In this document: positions 27,625-39,125 of the stretch, piece by piece
Position numbering within the stretch: position 1 is the first letter of the stretch
Layout of the letters: each line of letters opens with the position of its first letter
Assembly (NCBI GenBank): GCA_032718475.1
Contig: JAUCBJ010006217.1
Span: forward strand, 1-40,807
DNA length: 40,807 bases
Direction of reading: 5' to 3'
From: Nemertoderma westbladi
Lineage: Eukaryota > Animalia > Xenacoelomorpha
Program-made: the position numbers and the translations under genes
The notes under the pieces: model-generated
What the model was told of the DNA's origin: nothing
The model's database searches: none
What the model saw: the letters and a program-made list of their open reading frames with translations, nothing else

Positions 27625-27980
27625 CTACTACTGTACAGTTCTATAATCGGCCTGCTGCATTGAAACTGCACATTGTGATGCTATGCCAGCTTAACAAAAA
27701 CATTTTGTCCCCTCCATGCAATCCACAATTGGCAAGCAATCCGCAATGGCCATGGGCCTTAAGGATGCTATGCCGGCTTATCAACAAAGTTGCACCGCCA
27801 CAACTCAGTATCCCCCATGACTTTCACGAGATTATCCGCATCTTCAAGCCCAGTGTCCTGTAGGATAGGTGTCACGAAAGTCATGGGCTTTCCATCATGC
27901 TTATTTTCTCCATGGTGCTGCCAAAGCACAAGATTATGCACTGGCTGGTCCTCACGGCTAAAACAATGTCCAGCAAAGGA
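27625..27980 (-). mobile_element. 3' fragment of the same RTE LINE family as 21205-22723
   Basis: Minus strand translates FAGHCFSREDQPVHNLVLWQ..DTGLEDAD..ELWRCNFVDKPA, closely matching the C-terminus of the 21268-22680 ORF. Confidence 0.88.
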
Positions 27981-29149
27981 ATGTATCCTTAGACACTATA
28001 GTATCCAATGTTCCAATCGTTTTAGCTTACTGATGCAGCCCTGTAAAGCCTAAAACCATAACCCAATGTTCTACTGCCTAAAAGAATATCACATGTTAGT
28101 CTTAGTCTGCTCTTCTAATACTGATGGTATAATAACCCTTACATGAATTCACCCAATTTTTCCATTCCGTACAGCGTTTGGAACACTTTCTACCTGCCAA
28201 CTGAGTATAAAAACCCTTACACTAGTTCGACCCCTTTCCCCATTCCTTACATGATTTCAACGTCCAATCAAATAATAGTTCATTAACCAATCCTAGGCTA
28301 CAATTCAATATATGTTCCTACTAGTGTAAGGATTGGGAATACGCAACCCGGTACCTAGGTTTCAAACTTCTGGTTATCATCAGCCGGGTGTGTGTGTCCT
28401 AAGGCAACTGAGCTACCAGGATGGATGAATAATTTTATTCGCTATTGAGTGGGATAACATAATTTGGCCTTTAACTAATATATATATATTTAACTAATAC
28501 TTTTAATTGATTATTGATGATTATCAATGAAAATTGATTATGGAAGTTTAACCTGTGCTATTGACTCCCGTTTATTGTTTTGGTTAGAAATGCATGCCAC
28601 TATAACCTGTTTCTTTCCAATAATTGGTAATTATTGGGCGAAGATTGGAAAAGCATAAAGTACAATAGGAACACACGGGCCTAAAACGTAAGGAGCCTTC
28701 ATCTTGATAGTAAATTAAAAAAGTAAATTTAATAAATTAATATGTCAATTTCAATTAACTTAAATTATTAAGAAGGGGGGATGATTGGTTGTGGATATCC
28801 ATTCAATCCCAATGTTGCAACAATGAAAATGGTGAAGTTGGTGTGATATTATTTATACAGGTGACATATTTTATTACTGCCCACAGCGCAATATACACAT
28901 TGTACAATGTGATGCATGTATAAGGATGCTAAGTTTACTATAACACCTCAAATTTCACAGAACAAAACTCAACAACATAAAATGTTATCTACTAATAACT
29001 AAAGTACACTAATAATATAGGCCTACTTGGTTATCGATTAAACAATTCAAAAGTTTGAATTCTAAAATTAAAATAATTAAATTCTAGAATTAAAAATGAT
29101 ATCGAAAATTGCAATAACGAAATGCTAATTAATTATTAATTGTCTGATT

Positions 29150-30538
29150 TTTTAACAAAGCCAAAGCGAAATAGGATTCCACTAAAAGCCGCTTCACTTC
29201 TTGTTCTGAATCGATATTAATAGGGATGGTGAGTTCCATTGTACACCATAGTCGGCGGGGATGAGCCACATAGCCAGTTAAGAATATTAGATTTGGTCAA
29301 TGTGTGTTATTGTCAAACTAATGACCCACAGTCATCTAAACATTGAAATGAGGCGCCAAACCAAAATGAAATATCATCTTCCCTTTCGTAACCGTTTGAG
29401 CCTGGTTGGAGAGGATCCAAGAATTCAGCTTCACGCCAAATTTTGGAAACCATTATTTCCGGGGAACAAGAAAGGACTTTATAGATAAGGTGACTTGGAA
29501 AATCTTTTATGGACAGAATTGGCAGAATTCCTTCTTTCAGAGAATCTATAGCGCCTTTATTGAATATTAGTAACGACTTCAGAAACAACTCTGCAAACTT
29601 ACGCAGACTTAAATCACTGCGAGTAATATTCGCTTCAATCATAATCAATCCCATTTCGGAGGACTTGTATCGCAATTCGTCTGTGATGTTTCCTTGTAAC
29701 AAATTGGTAATTACTTCCGGCACTTCGTGAATCAATTCTAGAAATTCTAGACAACCAACATCCTGGCCATTATATGTAATATATCCCCCAACTAAAGGGT
29801 GAATTATGCCAATAACAAGCTCGCCATGTATAATTGCAATATCCAACACTTTTCCTAATGCCCTAAATTGACCATTGGCCACCTTAGATATATCAGCTAC
29901 GGAGGGTATTATTAATCCATCAATATTCGAAAACAGAGCGGAATTAATTAAAGCATTAATAAATGTTCCAAACATATCACGACGTAGGCTGCCTTGATCG
30001 CAACCGGACTCTCGTGAAAATGTTACCGCAATACCCTCTCCAGGGTTAAGATTATGCACCTTTTCTATTACATCATCCATTAGTTTTCTCCTTCAGATTA
30101 ATATCTTTTGCAGAAGATCGACATCTATGTATCCTGGCATTGTGTCGTCGTACTCATAGTAATGCTGCAAATTCTTCAAAACAGCCAAGTCTTCCTTTCT
30201 TAATTTCCAATTGCGTGCATCATCAATAATACCGGTACCTTCCATATTGCCGGATGGAGCTATATTCAATATTCATCCTCTATAAGCTCTGCTGGGCGCC
30301 TTGGCCTGTTAATGTTTTGACTGTTTGGAAATTGTAACTGTCCAGGTCCACTACCATTAGGGTTAACTAACGACCAATTGTGATTACTCGTAGACGTCGT
30401 CGTTGTTGTAAGATCAACTACAGGATGTTGAGGCACTGACAACTGTTGTAAACGGTGTCCACATCTTGTGCAATAAATATTATCATCGCCATAAAGTAAA
30501 TTACAGCAGCGGCGCTGTTCTTGGTCCATCCCATACAC
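29150..30538 (-). pseudogene. Degenerate HECT-domain E3 ubiquitin ligase-like gene with N-terminal zinc ribbon
   Basis: 30538-30266: CC..YCTRCG. 30080-29313: VTFSRESGCDQGSLRRDMF..LF..FRALGK..IIHG (HECT N-lobe pattern V.F.GE.G.D.GG.RREFF). ~29290-29150: ILNWLCGS..CTMELTIP (C-lobe catalytic Cys pattern). Disrupted by stops and frameshifts. Confidence 0.7.
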
Positions 30539-31419
30539 AACGAATTATGATAAGCTCTAAGCTACACAAAATGTTATGTATAGTCTACACTGTGCAGTAT
30601 ATCAGTACCAGATTACATGGCCTAATGTCAGGAATTCCCGTATTTAGTTCCAAAATAGGATAACAAATTTGTTTCTATTATAACTAAGTTCGCTTCTGAA
30701 AATGTGCGAATGCAACTAAGTTCGTGTAACAACTGGTTAGTAATATTACCGGTTTACTGTTTTGCTTCTTAGATACAACTTAATTGTATTAACATTGTAT
30801 TTAATAATGTTTTGTACATTACACTTAACTAAACTCTACTTTCCTGTATCTTGACTCCGCTATCTCTGTACTTATCTTTATTGATAAAGTATGATAGTAA
30901 TAATAATACAATATGAGTAATGTATTTTTCTCAATTAAAATTTTGGAAACTTAGAAACACTAACTACATTAAGTAAATAATAGTGACTAAGATACTAATG
31001 ACGTCAATACAACTTAGGCCTAGTAATCATTTATGGATTTATGTTATGCCCACTTTTACAGACCCAATCACCCACATCCACTAGTAAATCTTAAACTCTC
31101 GATAGTGCAGCAACTTTATGTACCGTCGTTATCATATGCTATTACAGAAACCATATGATTTCAACAGTAGTCCGATTCACGCTTTATACTTCTTTACAAT
31201 AGTGGAGAAAGGCCTTATCAATGATTGGCTAAAAGATGGGTGGCAATTATTCGAAGATGAGGCACAAATTCTTGATTGGTTAAAAGATGGGTGACAATTA
31301 TTAAAATTCTTAATCTTAATTAGTCTTATTAATTCTTAATTATTTTATTTAAATTATATTTAATTTAAATATTAATTCTTAGTCTTAATTTAGTGGTGCA
31401 GTTTTGTTAGGGTAGGGGT

Positions 31420-31491
31420 GGGGTTCGTGGCACACTGCTGATGAGGAGAACCACGAATCCCAGGGTTCAGTGTTTAAATCTCCGAAACCCT
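31420..31491 (+). ncRNA. Hammerhead ribozyme, non-circularly permuted topology (copy 1)
   Basis: ACACTG-CTGATGA-GGAGA ... AGGGT-T-CAGTGT ... TCTCC-GAAA-CCCT gives stem I ACACTG/CAGTGT, stem II GGAGA/TCTCC and stem III AGGGT/ACCCT. Predicted cut after GUU at 31467. Confidence 0.75.
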
Positions 31492-32092
31492 TTTATTTTT
31501 ATAAAATTTATTACTTAGACTTACATTTTCGGCGGACAAAATGTCCTATATTTTTCGTAATTTATGGGATAGCCTATTTCGTGCAATACTTACCGGAACC
31601 TGTAGTTACTGTATGGTTGGGTGTAACTTTTCTTGTGGTAGTTGGGTTGGGTTATGTAGCACTAAAATCGATTTGGTATTTTGTTTTTTGATGGGCATTA
31701 GTGCCTGAGTACTAACAGTGGCCCAAGTGGCCCTAAATGCTAGGTAGTATCTGAGGGAATAAGACCCCATGTGTCCTATTTTATTGTTTTCATATTAATA
31801 TCACAATCCCTCTAAAGTCGCGGTTGTCTAACATCATATAATTATATATTTACAGGGGCATTTTCTGACATCTGCGCAATTTTGTTAAAAAATCTGATAA
31901 TTTATCTGTACATACCGGTAGGTGCTAATTGGGGTTGGTTGCATTCAGTGGGGAATCATGTTTATGCATTTGGGGCTGATGGTAACATACATTGGGGGTG
32001 GGTGGTTTCAACTCTGTTCGGTGGTACGGTAGGATTTCTAATTTATTGGTCATTGTCTTAATTTAGTGGTGCAGTTTTGTTAGGGTAGAGGT

Positions 32093-32164
32093 GGGGTTCG
32101 TGGCACACTGCTGATGAGGAGAACCACGAATCCCAGGGTTCAGTGTTTAAATCTCCGAAACCCT
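32093..32164 (+). ncRNA. Hammerhead ribozyme, non-circularly permuted topology (copy 2)
   Basis: Identical to copy 1 over all 72 nt. Predicted cut after 32140. Confidence 0.75.
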
Positions 32165-32559
32165 TTTATTTTTATAAAATTTATTACTTAGACTTACCTT
32201 TTTCGGAGGACAAAATGTCCTATATCTGTATATTTTTCGTAATTTATGGGATAGCCTATTTCGTGCAATACTTACCGGAACCTGTAGTTACTGTATGGTT
32301 TGGTGTAATTTTTCTTGTGGTAGTTGGGTTGGGTTATGTAGCACTAAAATCGATTTGGTATTTTGTTTTTTTGATGGGCCTTAGTGCCTGAGTACTAACA
32401 GAACAGTGACCCAAGTGGCCCTAAATGCTAGGTAGTATCTGAGGGAATAAGACCCCATGCTGCCATGTCCTATTTTATTGTTTTCATATTAATATCACAA
32501 TCCCTCTAAAGTCGTGGTTGTCTATCATCATATAATCTATTAGCTCTCAACCTAAGATA

Positions 32560-32965
32560 AATTGCTATCCTGCTGAGTGCTCCTACCACCTTGTGGAAGC
32601 CGCCTTTGCGCTCTTGCCACTACGACAAACAATAGTATGCCTATTCATTGGCTTGCCCTAAGACCAATCTGCCAATCTGTACTTGCTTGTCGTCATAAAG
32701 TCTGTATAACGGGTGCTCCACTGGTTATTAGTTTTTTGGTTATTGGTTGATTAGTTTACTGGTTATCTCCATACCATGCTGCCAGGTTACGTAACAGCCT
32801 ATCTTTCCTCCTTGTTTGGCAGATTAGTTTAGACACCCATATGATGAGTATATTTGATTGGTTGTGGGAAATCTGTTGGCTGTCGCTACTGTAATGTTTT
32901 GTGTGGCAGATCTGATCTGTAATCTCCTGCCTGCCCCTCTTAGTCTTCAGCTCTTTCCAGTACAA
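32560..32965 (-). mobile_element. Possible highly degraded RTE-like LINE 3' remnant
   Basis: Weak motif echoes across frames on the minus strand (ELKTKRGR, YGC, RLADW..PMNR..STRW). Confidence 0.25.
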
Positions 32966-33070
32966 ATTACAAGTGTTTCAATCAGTTGAATTTCCCGGGC
33001 TATAGAGCAGGGTGTTGTTAGGGACTTGTGAGACCTGAGACCGTGTCTTATCCCAGTATCCACCACTGAC

Positions 33071-34546
33071 CAGTGGCGTGGTGGGTCCCAGTAAGGGGCC
33101 CGGGAAAACCCAAAATAAGGGCCCATTTATAAATGCCAGATCTCCTCGAATTTTGACCACCCCCCCCCCCCCCCCCGCCCCCATGCACAAAATATTTTCT
33201 CGAAAAAGGCTTTATACTGTTTTAAAGAAACAAATAAAATTACACAATTATTAATAAAAATAATGTAAGTAGTGATAAGGGCAGTACCAGGGCCTTCATA
33301 AAATAACTGTATTGTATTACAACTGTTATTTTATGAAGGCCCTGGCAGTACACAATAGATTTATTTCAACTTTTTAATTTTTACCGCGAAGTTTCGATTA
33401 AGTTATACTGCAGTGTTATGCAAAGGCTTCAAAATGTAGAGCATCCTTCACAAATTTTTCAATTATTACAAATAGTTCAAATTCCCCGGTCCAACTCCTG
33501 TTTAATTTCATCAGGAGAAATGCCTCCAAATGATAGTGAGATTGCATAAAACTTAAAATAGAGGTATAATCACGCAACTCCGGGGTGGGTGAGTTAGAAT
33601 TTGTATTTTTGCTTTCAATTATTAGTTACAAGCGTTTAAAAAAAGGTCGATATTGCACCAGTTACACCATACACCGCAGTTATTCTTCAACCATATCTGC
33701 TTATAGTATAGTAACATTCGTTGTAAAGGGTAAAAATTTACCTTTGAACCGAGAAAACGTTTATAGGCAATAAGATAAAAAATAACCAAAAGGTAATACA
33801 ACATTGCTGAGCGGCTGTAGCCTACATGTATTTTACACATTATTGTGTGGTAATTTATAATAGTTTTTGAGTTATTCAAAAAAAATCAAGTCTCCCCTAA
33901 AGTCAAGTCTCCCTCACTCTCCATAATGAAGGAAAGCTGGAGACTACCTACCTCTATTTCATGGGAGATCATTGATATATTGAACTCTGGTGGATGGTCA
34001 GCTCAGGTGAAACGAATGCATTCCCAACTGTATAGTTATATGTACATACACAGCACACAGCATTATAGGGGAAGAGGGCGCCCCCCTCCCCTACTGTGGT
34101 CAATTAGGCTCCCTTTTCCAAGTAACAACTCAATATTGACAGACTACTGCTAAAGAAAGGAAGAAACTAATGTAACTAACAACACAGTTTGCCTTGCCGA
34201 CGCCGCCGGCCGCCTGACGGCCTGAGGGGACTTTTTCAATATAGAATAATAGGCCTACTGGGTATGTGCTCCTACGTTTACACACCCCCCCCCCCCCCCC
34301 CCCCCCCACCCCCCCTCCTCCTCTCCAACCCTCTTAGTTTAGTGCTGTGCTTGGTAACTGCTACATGGGCCTCTATAGCTATTGTTTTGGTTTCGTTGCT
34401 TATATTTTATTGGAAATATGTAATACCTACTACTATAATTGTTTATAAGATCAATATAATTTTCTGACCCTGAGGGGCCTGGGGGCCCAGATCGTCAAGG
34501 GGGCCCGGGAATTTTCCCGAATATATGTATGGCCACCACGCCACTG
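33071..34546. mobile_element. Non-autonomous hAT element, 1476 bp
   Basis: 14-bp TIRs CAGTGGCGTGGTGG / CCACCACGCCACTG. 8-bp TSD CCACTGAC (33063-33070; 34547-34554). GGGCCC subterminal motifs. Confidence 0.92.
33288..33344. mobile_element. 57-bp hairpin mini-MITE
   Basis: 20-bp perfect TIRs CAGGGCCTTCATAAAATAAC. 7-bp flanking direct repeat GCAGTAC (33281-33287; 33345-33351). Confidence 0.85.
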
Positions 34547-35977
34547 CCACTGACTGACTGAAGGTAAGAAACATGTATTTTAATCTTTTAATTTAACTAT
34601 ATTTTAAGTGCAATTGTTGCCCGTAAGTGTTCATGTAACCTGGGTGATGTTCTCCCTTTTAATTAATTTATGTGTATGACAGTATGACGTCCTCCAAACA
34701 CCAAATCTCTGGTAATCGTAAATCGTTCAGGCACTTTGCACTTAAACTGGCATTCTTCCTCACCTCCCCGCTCCCCCCCACCAGTCAGCCAGTAGTGCCG
34801 GCCGTGGCCGGTACAATTCTGCAATTGAACATCGTCATTCTGCTGTTCTGCCATTTAAAATATTATTTGACTATTACAGTATTACTGTATTAGTTGATTG
34901 CCTAGCAGCCTAGGCCTCCTTACGGTACAGTGCATTAGGCCGGTAGGTACCGGTAGTCGGGTAGTGGTAGTCAAGTAGTGCGGTTGTCTGGCAGTCTGGT
35001 ACCGTACTGGGGGTACTGCAGTACTGATGTACTGGTAAGCAGGCAGGGCTGCAGTACATCGGTAGGGTCTACTGACAGCTGGACAGTGGACTGGACTGGT
35101 AAAATTAAGTCAGGTATTTTTCTAGAAAATACAGTGTTTTCAGTGCGCGAAGGGCACATCGTCCTCTGCAGCCGTAAAATTGGCACCACATTAAACACAC
35201 GACCTGTGGCATGTGGTGTCTGTCTGTACAGCTGTAGATTTTTCCGGCAAATTGATGTAAAATTGAGGAAATGGTGCACATTTGAAAACAGGCAAAAATT
35301 GACTTTTCGAGAAAAAAGCCATAAACTCCTGATTTTTAATCGTTCTGCACGAAATGGAGAATCAACTACCGGTACCGGCTGACCGGTAATTAAATTTTTT
35401 TTTTCTATGAAATTAGGCATCACTGCATTCTGCATTATGACGATACCCCATCCCATCACTCTGTCACTGCATACTGCATTTTACATTACACCGAATGATA
35501 CCAAATCACAACAAGTCACACCAAATCACAAAAAAAAAATTGGAAAGTAAAGTCTTTCTGTTTTTGAGCAGGTTACAGTCTGACAGTGGTCTGGTGGTAG
35601 CCAGAAGGAACCAAAACAATAAACTATTTGGAAAGGGTGTCGTTTTACTTTATAATGCAGTACGGTAATACCATGAAATTCTGAAATTACCCATACTGAC
35701 ATAGGTCAACAGTCAAAGAGTGTCTGTGCTGCTGTGTGAAATTTGAGACAAATCGGTCCAAAAATGCCCACTGCTGCACTGGGGAAAGGTGTTTGTCATT
35801 GTCACTGTGCCTCCAATGTGATAGAACCAATAATAGGGCCTACCTGTAAACTGGTACGGGTACCGATAGCCTAGCGTTGCGGTAGTTTTGTTTTGATACC
35901 CTGATATATTGTTTAATATATATATTATATATACCGGTAGCCTCTACACTGATAAATGAGATCAAAAACTGATAACT

Positions 35978-36417
35978 ATGGATCGCGGAAGAGGGCGAAA
36001 GAAGGCGAAACTTATAAAAACCTCATCCGTCGCAGCCACTAGAAATAGATCGCAGCTTGCTGCAAAGTCTACTGGATCGAGTACCGGTACGGTGGAAATG
36101 TACGGCGAGCGCACTTCGGGATTTGTGCATAATAAAATGGAAGATGTCAATGATAAAGTAAGCAGTAGACCTGCATGCCTAGTTTGCGAAGACCACTATA
36201 ACACCACCACAAATTTGCCGATGCTGCTTAAGTGTGGGCATTCTTTTTGTGATACATGCCTGCAAAAGTTGTGCAAGTTGCAACGCGGTTCGTTAATGTG
36301 TCCCGGCCCTGGGTGTCATACCATAACTGAGGTTCGTAATCAAAGTGTCAAGTCCTTACCAATCGATGTTTACACCGTTGGGTTAACTACTCTCAATAGA
36401 ACCCAAGCTCATAAAAG
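35978..36417 (+). CDS. TRIM/RBCC protein exon 1 (RING finger)
   Basis: CLVC..PMLLKCGHSFCDTC..CPGPGC. Donor AG|GTAATT (phase 2). Confidence 0.85.
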
Positions 36418-36827
36418 GTAATTATATTACTAATTACGGGTACCGGTATTTAAATCTGCAGTGAGATTGAATATTTAATGAAAATAATACTTCGGTAGGG
36501 CCTACTTTTCTTTGCAAAAATTGATCGAGATTTAATATACTGGTATGGTGGTATCACCATTCATATTTTATATTCATATTTCATTGGTCTATATCACCAT
36601 TTATGGTTGTGTAATCTACTAAATTGCTAAATTTCAAAAAATATATGGGGTTTTTTTTTTTTAACAAAAAATGTTTTTGACAACATTGGGCTAAGTATAT
36701 AGCCTATTATTTTGTGGAATGAAGATTGAAATTAAAGTTAATTTTATCTGTTTTTTAGTAATATTTAGATATTGTAATAACAAATAAGCTAGGGCAGGGG
36801 AATAATATATTAAATTTTTTTTATCAG

Positions 36828-37019
36828 TGAATTGAATGTTTCGAAGAAACAGACTTCCTCCCAAATGAAAGCCCAAATGGCAGCGCGATTCGGTTTGCCG
36901 TTACCTAACATGATTGACCCAACACGCCCTCGCAGGAGCAGTCATGTTACTCCATTGTCTCCCACTGAGGCCGTTTGCGCAGAATGCGCAACCACGATAG
37001 CATCCAGTCACTGTGCTCG
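36828..37019 (+). CDS. TRIM/RBCC protein exon 2 (start of B-box 1)
   Basis: Acceptor TTTTATCAG at 36827, in frame with exon 1. Encodes CAECATTIASSHCA. Donor CG|GTAAGT. Confidence 0.85.
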
Positions 37020-37902
37020 GTAAGTAATACACAACCACGATAGCAGCATCCAGTCACTGTGCTCGGTAAGTAATACACAACCACCATAGCAGCATCCAGT
37101 CACTGTGCTCGGTAAGTAATACACAACCACGATAGCATCCAGTCACTGTGCTCGGTAAGTAATACACAACCACCATAGCAGCATCCAGTCACTGTGCTCG
37201 GTAAGTAATACACAACCACGATTGCAGCATCCAGTCACTGTGCTCGGTAAGTAATACACAACCACGATTGCAGCATCCAGTCACTGTGCTCGGTAAGTAA
37301 TACACAACCACGATAGCATCCAGTCACTGTGCTCGGTAAGTAATACACAACCACCATAGCAGCATCCAGTCACTGTGCTCGGTAAGTAATACACTACACA
37401 ACCACGATAGCAGCATCCAGTCACTGTGCTCGGTAAGTAATACACAACCACCATAGCAGCATCCAGTCACTGTGCTCGGTAAGTAATACACAACCACCAT
37501 AGCATCCAGTCACTGTGCTCGGTAAGTAATACACAACCACCATAGCAGCATCCAGTCACTGTGCTCGGTAAGTAATACACAACCACGATAGCAGCATCCA
37601 GTCACTGTGCTCGGTAAGTAATACACAACCACGATAGCATCCAGTCACTGTGCTCGGTAAGTAATACACAACCACCATAGCAGCATCCAGTCACTGTGCT
37701 CGGTAAGTAATACACAACCACCATAGCATCCAGTCACTGTGCTCGGTAAGTAATACACAACCACGATTGCAGCATCCAGTCACTGTGCTCGGTAAGTAAT
37801 ACACAACCACGATAGCAGCATCCAGTCACTGTGCTCGGTAAGTAATACACAACCACGATAGCATCCAGTCACTATGCTCGGTAAGTAATTCACAACCACG
37901 AT
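36989..37902 (+). repeat. 43/46-bp minisatellite, 20 copies, spanning an exon/intron junction
   Basis: Unit CAACCACGAT(AGC)AGCATCCAGTCACTGTGCTCGGTAAGTAATACA. 20 GTAAGT counted from 37020 to 37881. Confidence 0.97.
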
Positions 37903-37932
37903 TAATCATTTTGTTCCGATATTATATTTCAG

Positions 37933-38167
37933 GTGCAACGTGAACTACTGTGGACTGTGTTTCGAGAACATTCACAAAGGGTCGAGGATCCTGCGTCAGC
38001 ACCAAGCTACAGCCTTGTTTGAACATTCGAGTATCCGCCGCCATGTCTGTGAGACCCACACTGATCGCGAGCCTGAGCTTTACTGCACCCCATGTCAAAA
38101 GGCTGTTTGTTCATTCTGCTTACCTGATATACACAAGGGGCATGAAGTTGTCACATTAGAAGCCAAG
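37933..38167 (+). CDS. TRIM/RBCC protein exon 3 (B-box 1 end and B-box 2)
   Basis: Acceptor TATTTCAG at 37932. Encodes RCNVNYCGLCFENIH..RQH and CETH..LYCTPCQKAVCSFC..HKGH. Donor AAG|GTTAGT. Confidence 0.88.
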
Positions 38168-38932
38168 GTTAGTTAATTTTTAAATCCTGACAATCTGTCC
38201 TGCAACGAACCTGCTACCTTTACCTTTAACAATATGTCATGACATTCCATACCATCATATTATTTTGCAACAGCTGGGCTCTATGGCAACGGTATGACGT
38301 CATTACATCACTTCTGGAAAGTCGATACCCCGGAACCCCTCACCCAATTTTTTTTACAAATCGTAGTGTGATTCATGGAATTTGAAACAGCTGGTTAGAC
38401 TTCTGTTGGTTTTTATGTCAGCTTAGAGAGTTGACAGTTGAGTGTACATCAGATAAACTAATATCTGCGAATGAGTAACTCAACAATATTTATCTGTTGC
38501 TTTTGGTATCGGTACCTAAGTAATACCGTAACGCCTAGCCCCATTGCCATTATGTATGGTTCCAATTTATGGGGTGATACGTATTTCATTTAGCCCATGG
38601 ATTCCACCACTCCTTCCCGGGTAGTCTACTTCGGCCTTAAACGACAGTGAATTCAATTTAATTTTTTCCAAAAGTTTTCCATTTATAGGTCCTTACCTAA
38701 AAACCGTCCGGGTTTCGCGTCATTGGGTACTTTGGTGCAATATCATGGTGTTATTAATGGAAATGAGTATGTTACAGTGACATGTTATTCGAACCAAAAC
38801 AATAAGACGAGAGTCAATATTACATGTTACAGTTTAATTTTTGCTGAGAATAGATTTAGATTTATGGTAAGAAATAGGTTTGTTGGAAATATAAATAAAA
38901 CTACTGTATTATGCAGCACCAAACGCTAACGA

Positions 38933-39060
38933 TCCAGGGTAATGGTCCAGGGTAATGGTACAGGGTAATGGTCCAGGGTAATGGTCCAGGGTAATGGTCC
39001 AGGGTAATGGTACAGGGTAATGGTCCAGGGTAATGGCCCAGGGTATTGGTCCAGGGTAAT
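38933..39060 (+). repeat. 13-bp minisatellite (TCCAGGGTAATGG), ~10 copies
   Basis: Seen directly, in TRIM intron 3. Confidence 0.95.
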
Positions 39061-39125
39061 CCAATTTAGAACTGGAGTCGATATTATTATAGATATTTTC
39101 TACCATTATGATGTTCTATTTATAG

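Larger units (their letters stand above)
25386..28348. mobile_element. Element bounded by ~210-bp imperfect inverted repeats (possibly PIF/Harbinger-like)
   Basis: 25386-25600 is the reverse complement of 28134-28348 with scattered mismatches. Termini GG(TA/TT)GCGTATTCCCAATCC. No TSD evident. Confidence 0.7.
31382..32536 (+). repeat. Direct repeat of ~460-480 bp (31382-31842 and 32055-32536), period 673 bp at the 5' end
   Basis: Near-identical copies differing by a few substitutions and short indels, separated by ~210 bp of unique sequence. Confidence 0.95.

Noticed and set aside
31409-31491. Conventional type III hammerhead using upstream AGGGUA (31409) or GGGUU (31421) as the cleavage strand
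   Set aside because: Stem III could form, but the following bases give no contiguous stem I with ACACUG. The internal AGGGUUCAGUGU strand pairs perfectly in both stems.
31470-32391. Duplicated hydrophobic ORFs (73 and 82 aa) as membrane peptides
   Set aside because: GTG starts, T-rich compositional artefact, and different C-terminal frames between the copies.
36989-37902. CRISPR array
   Set aside because: Head-to-tail units with no unique spacers, no cas genes and a eukaryotic intron context.
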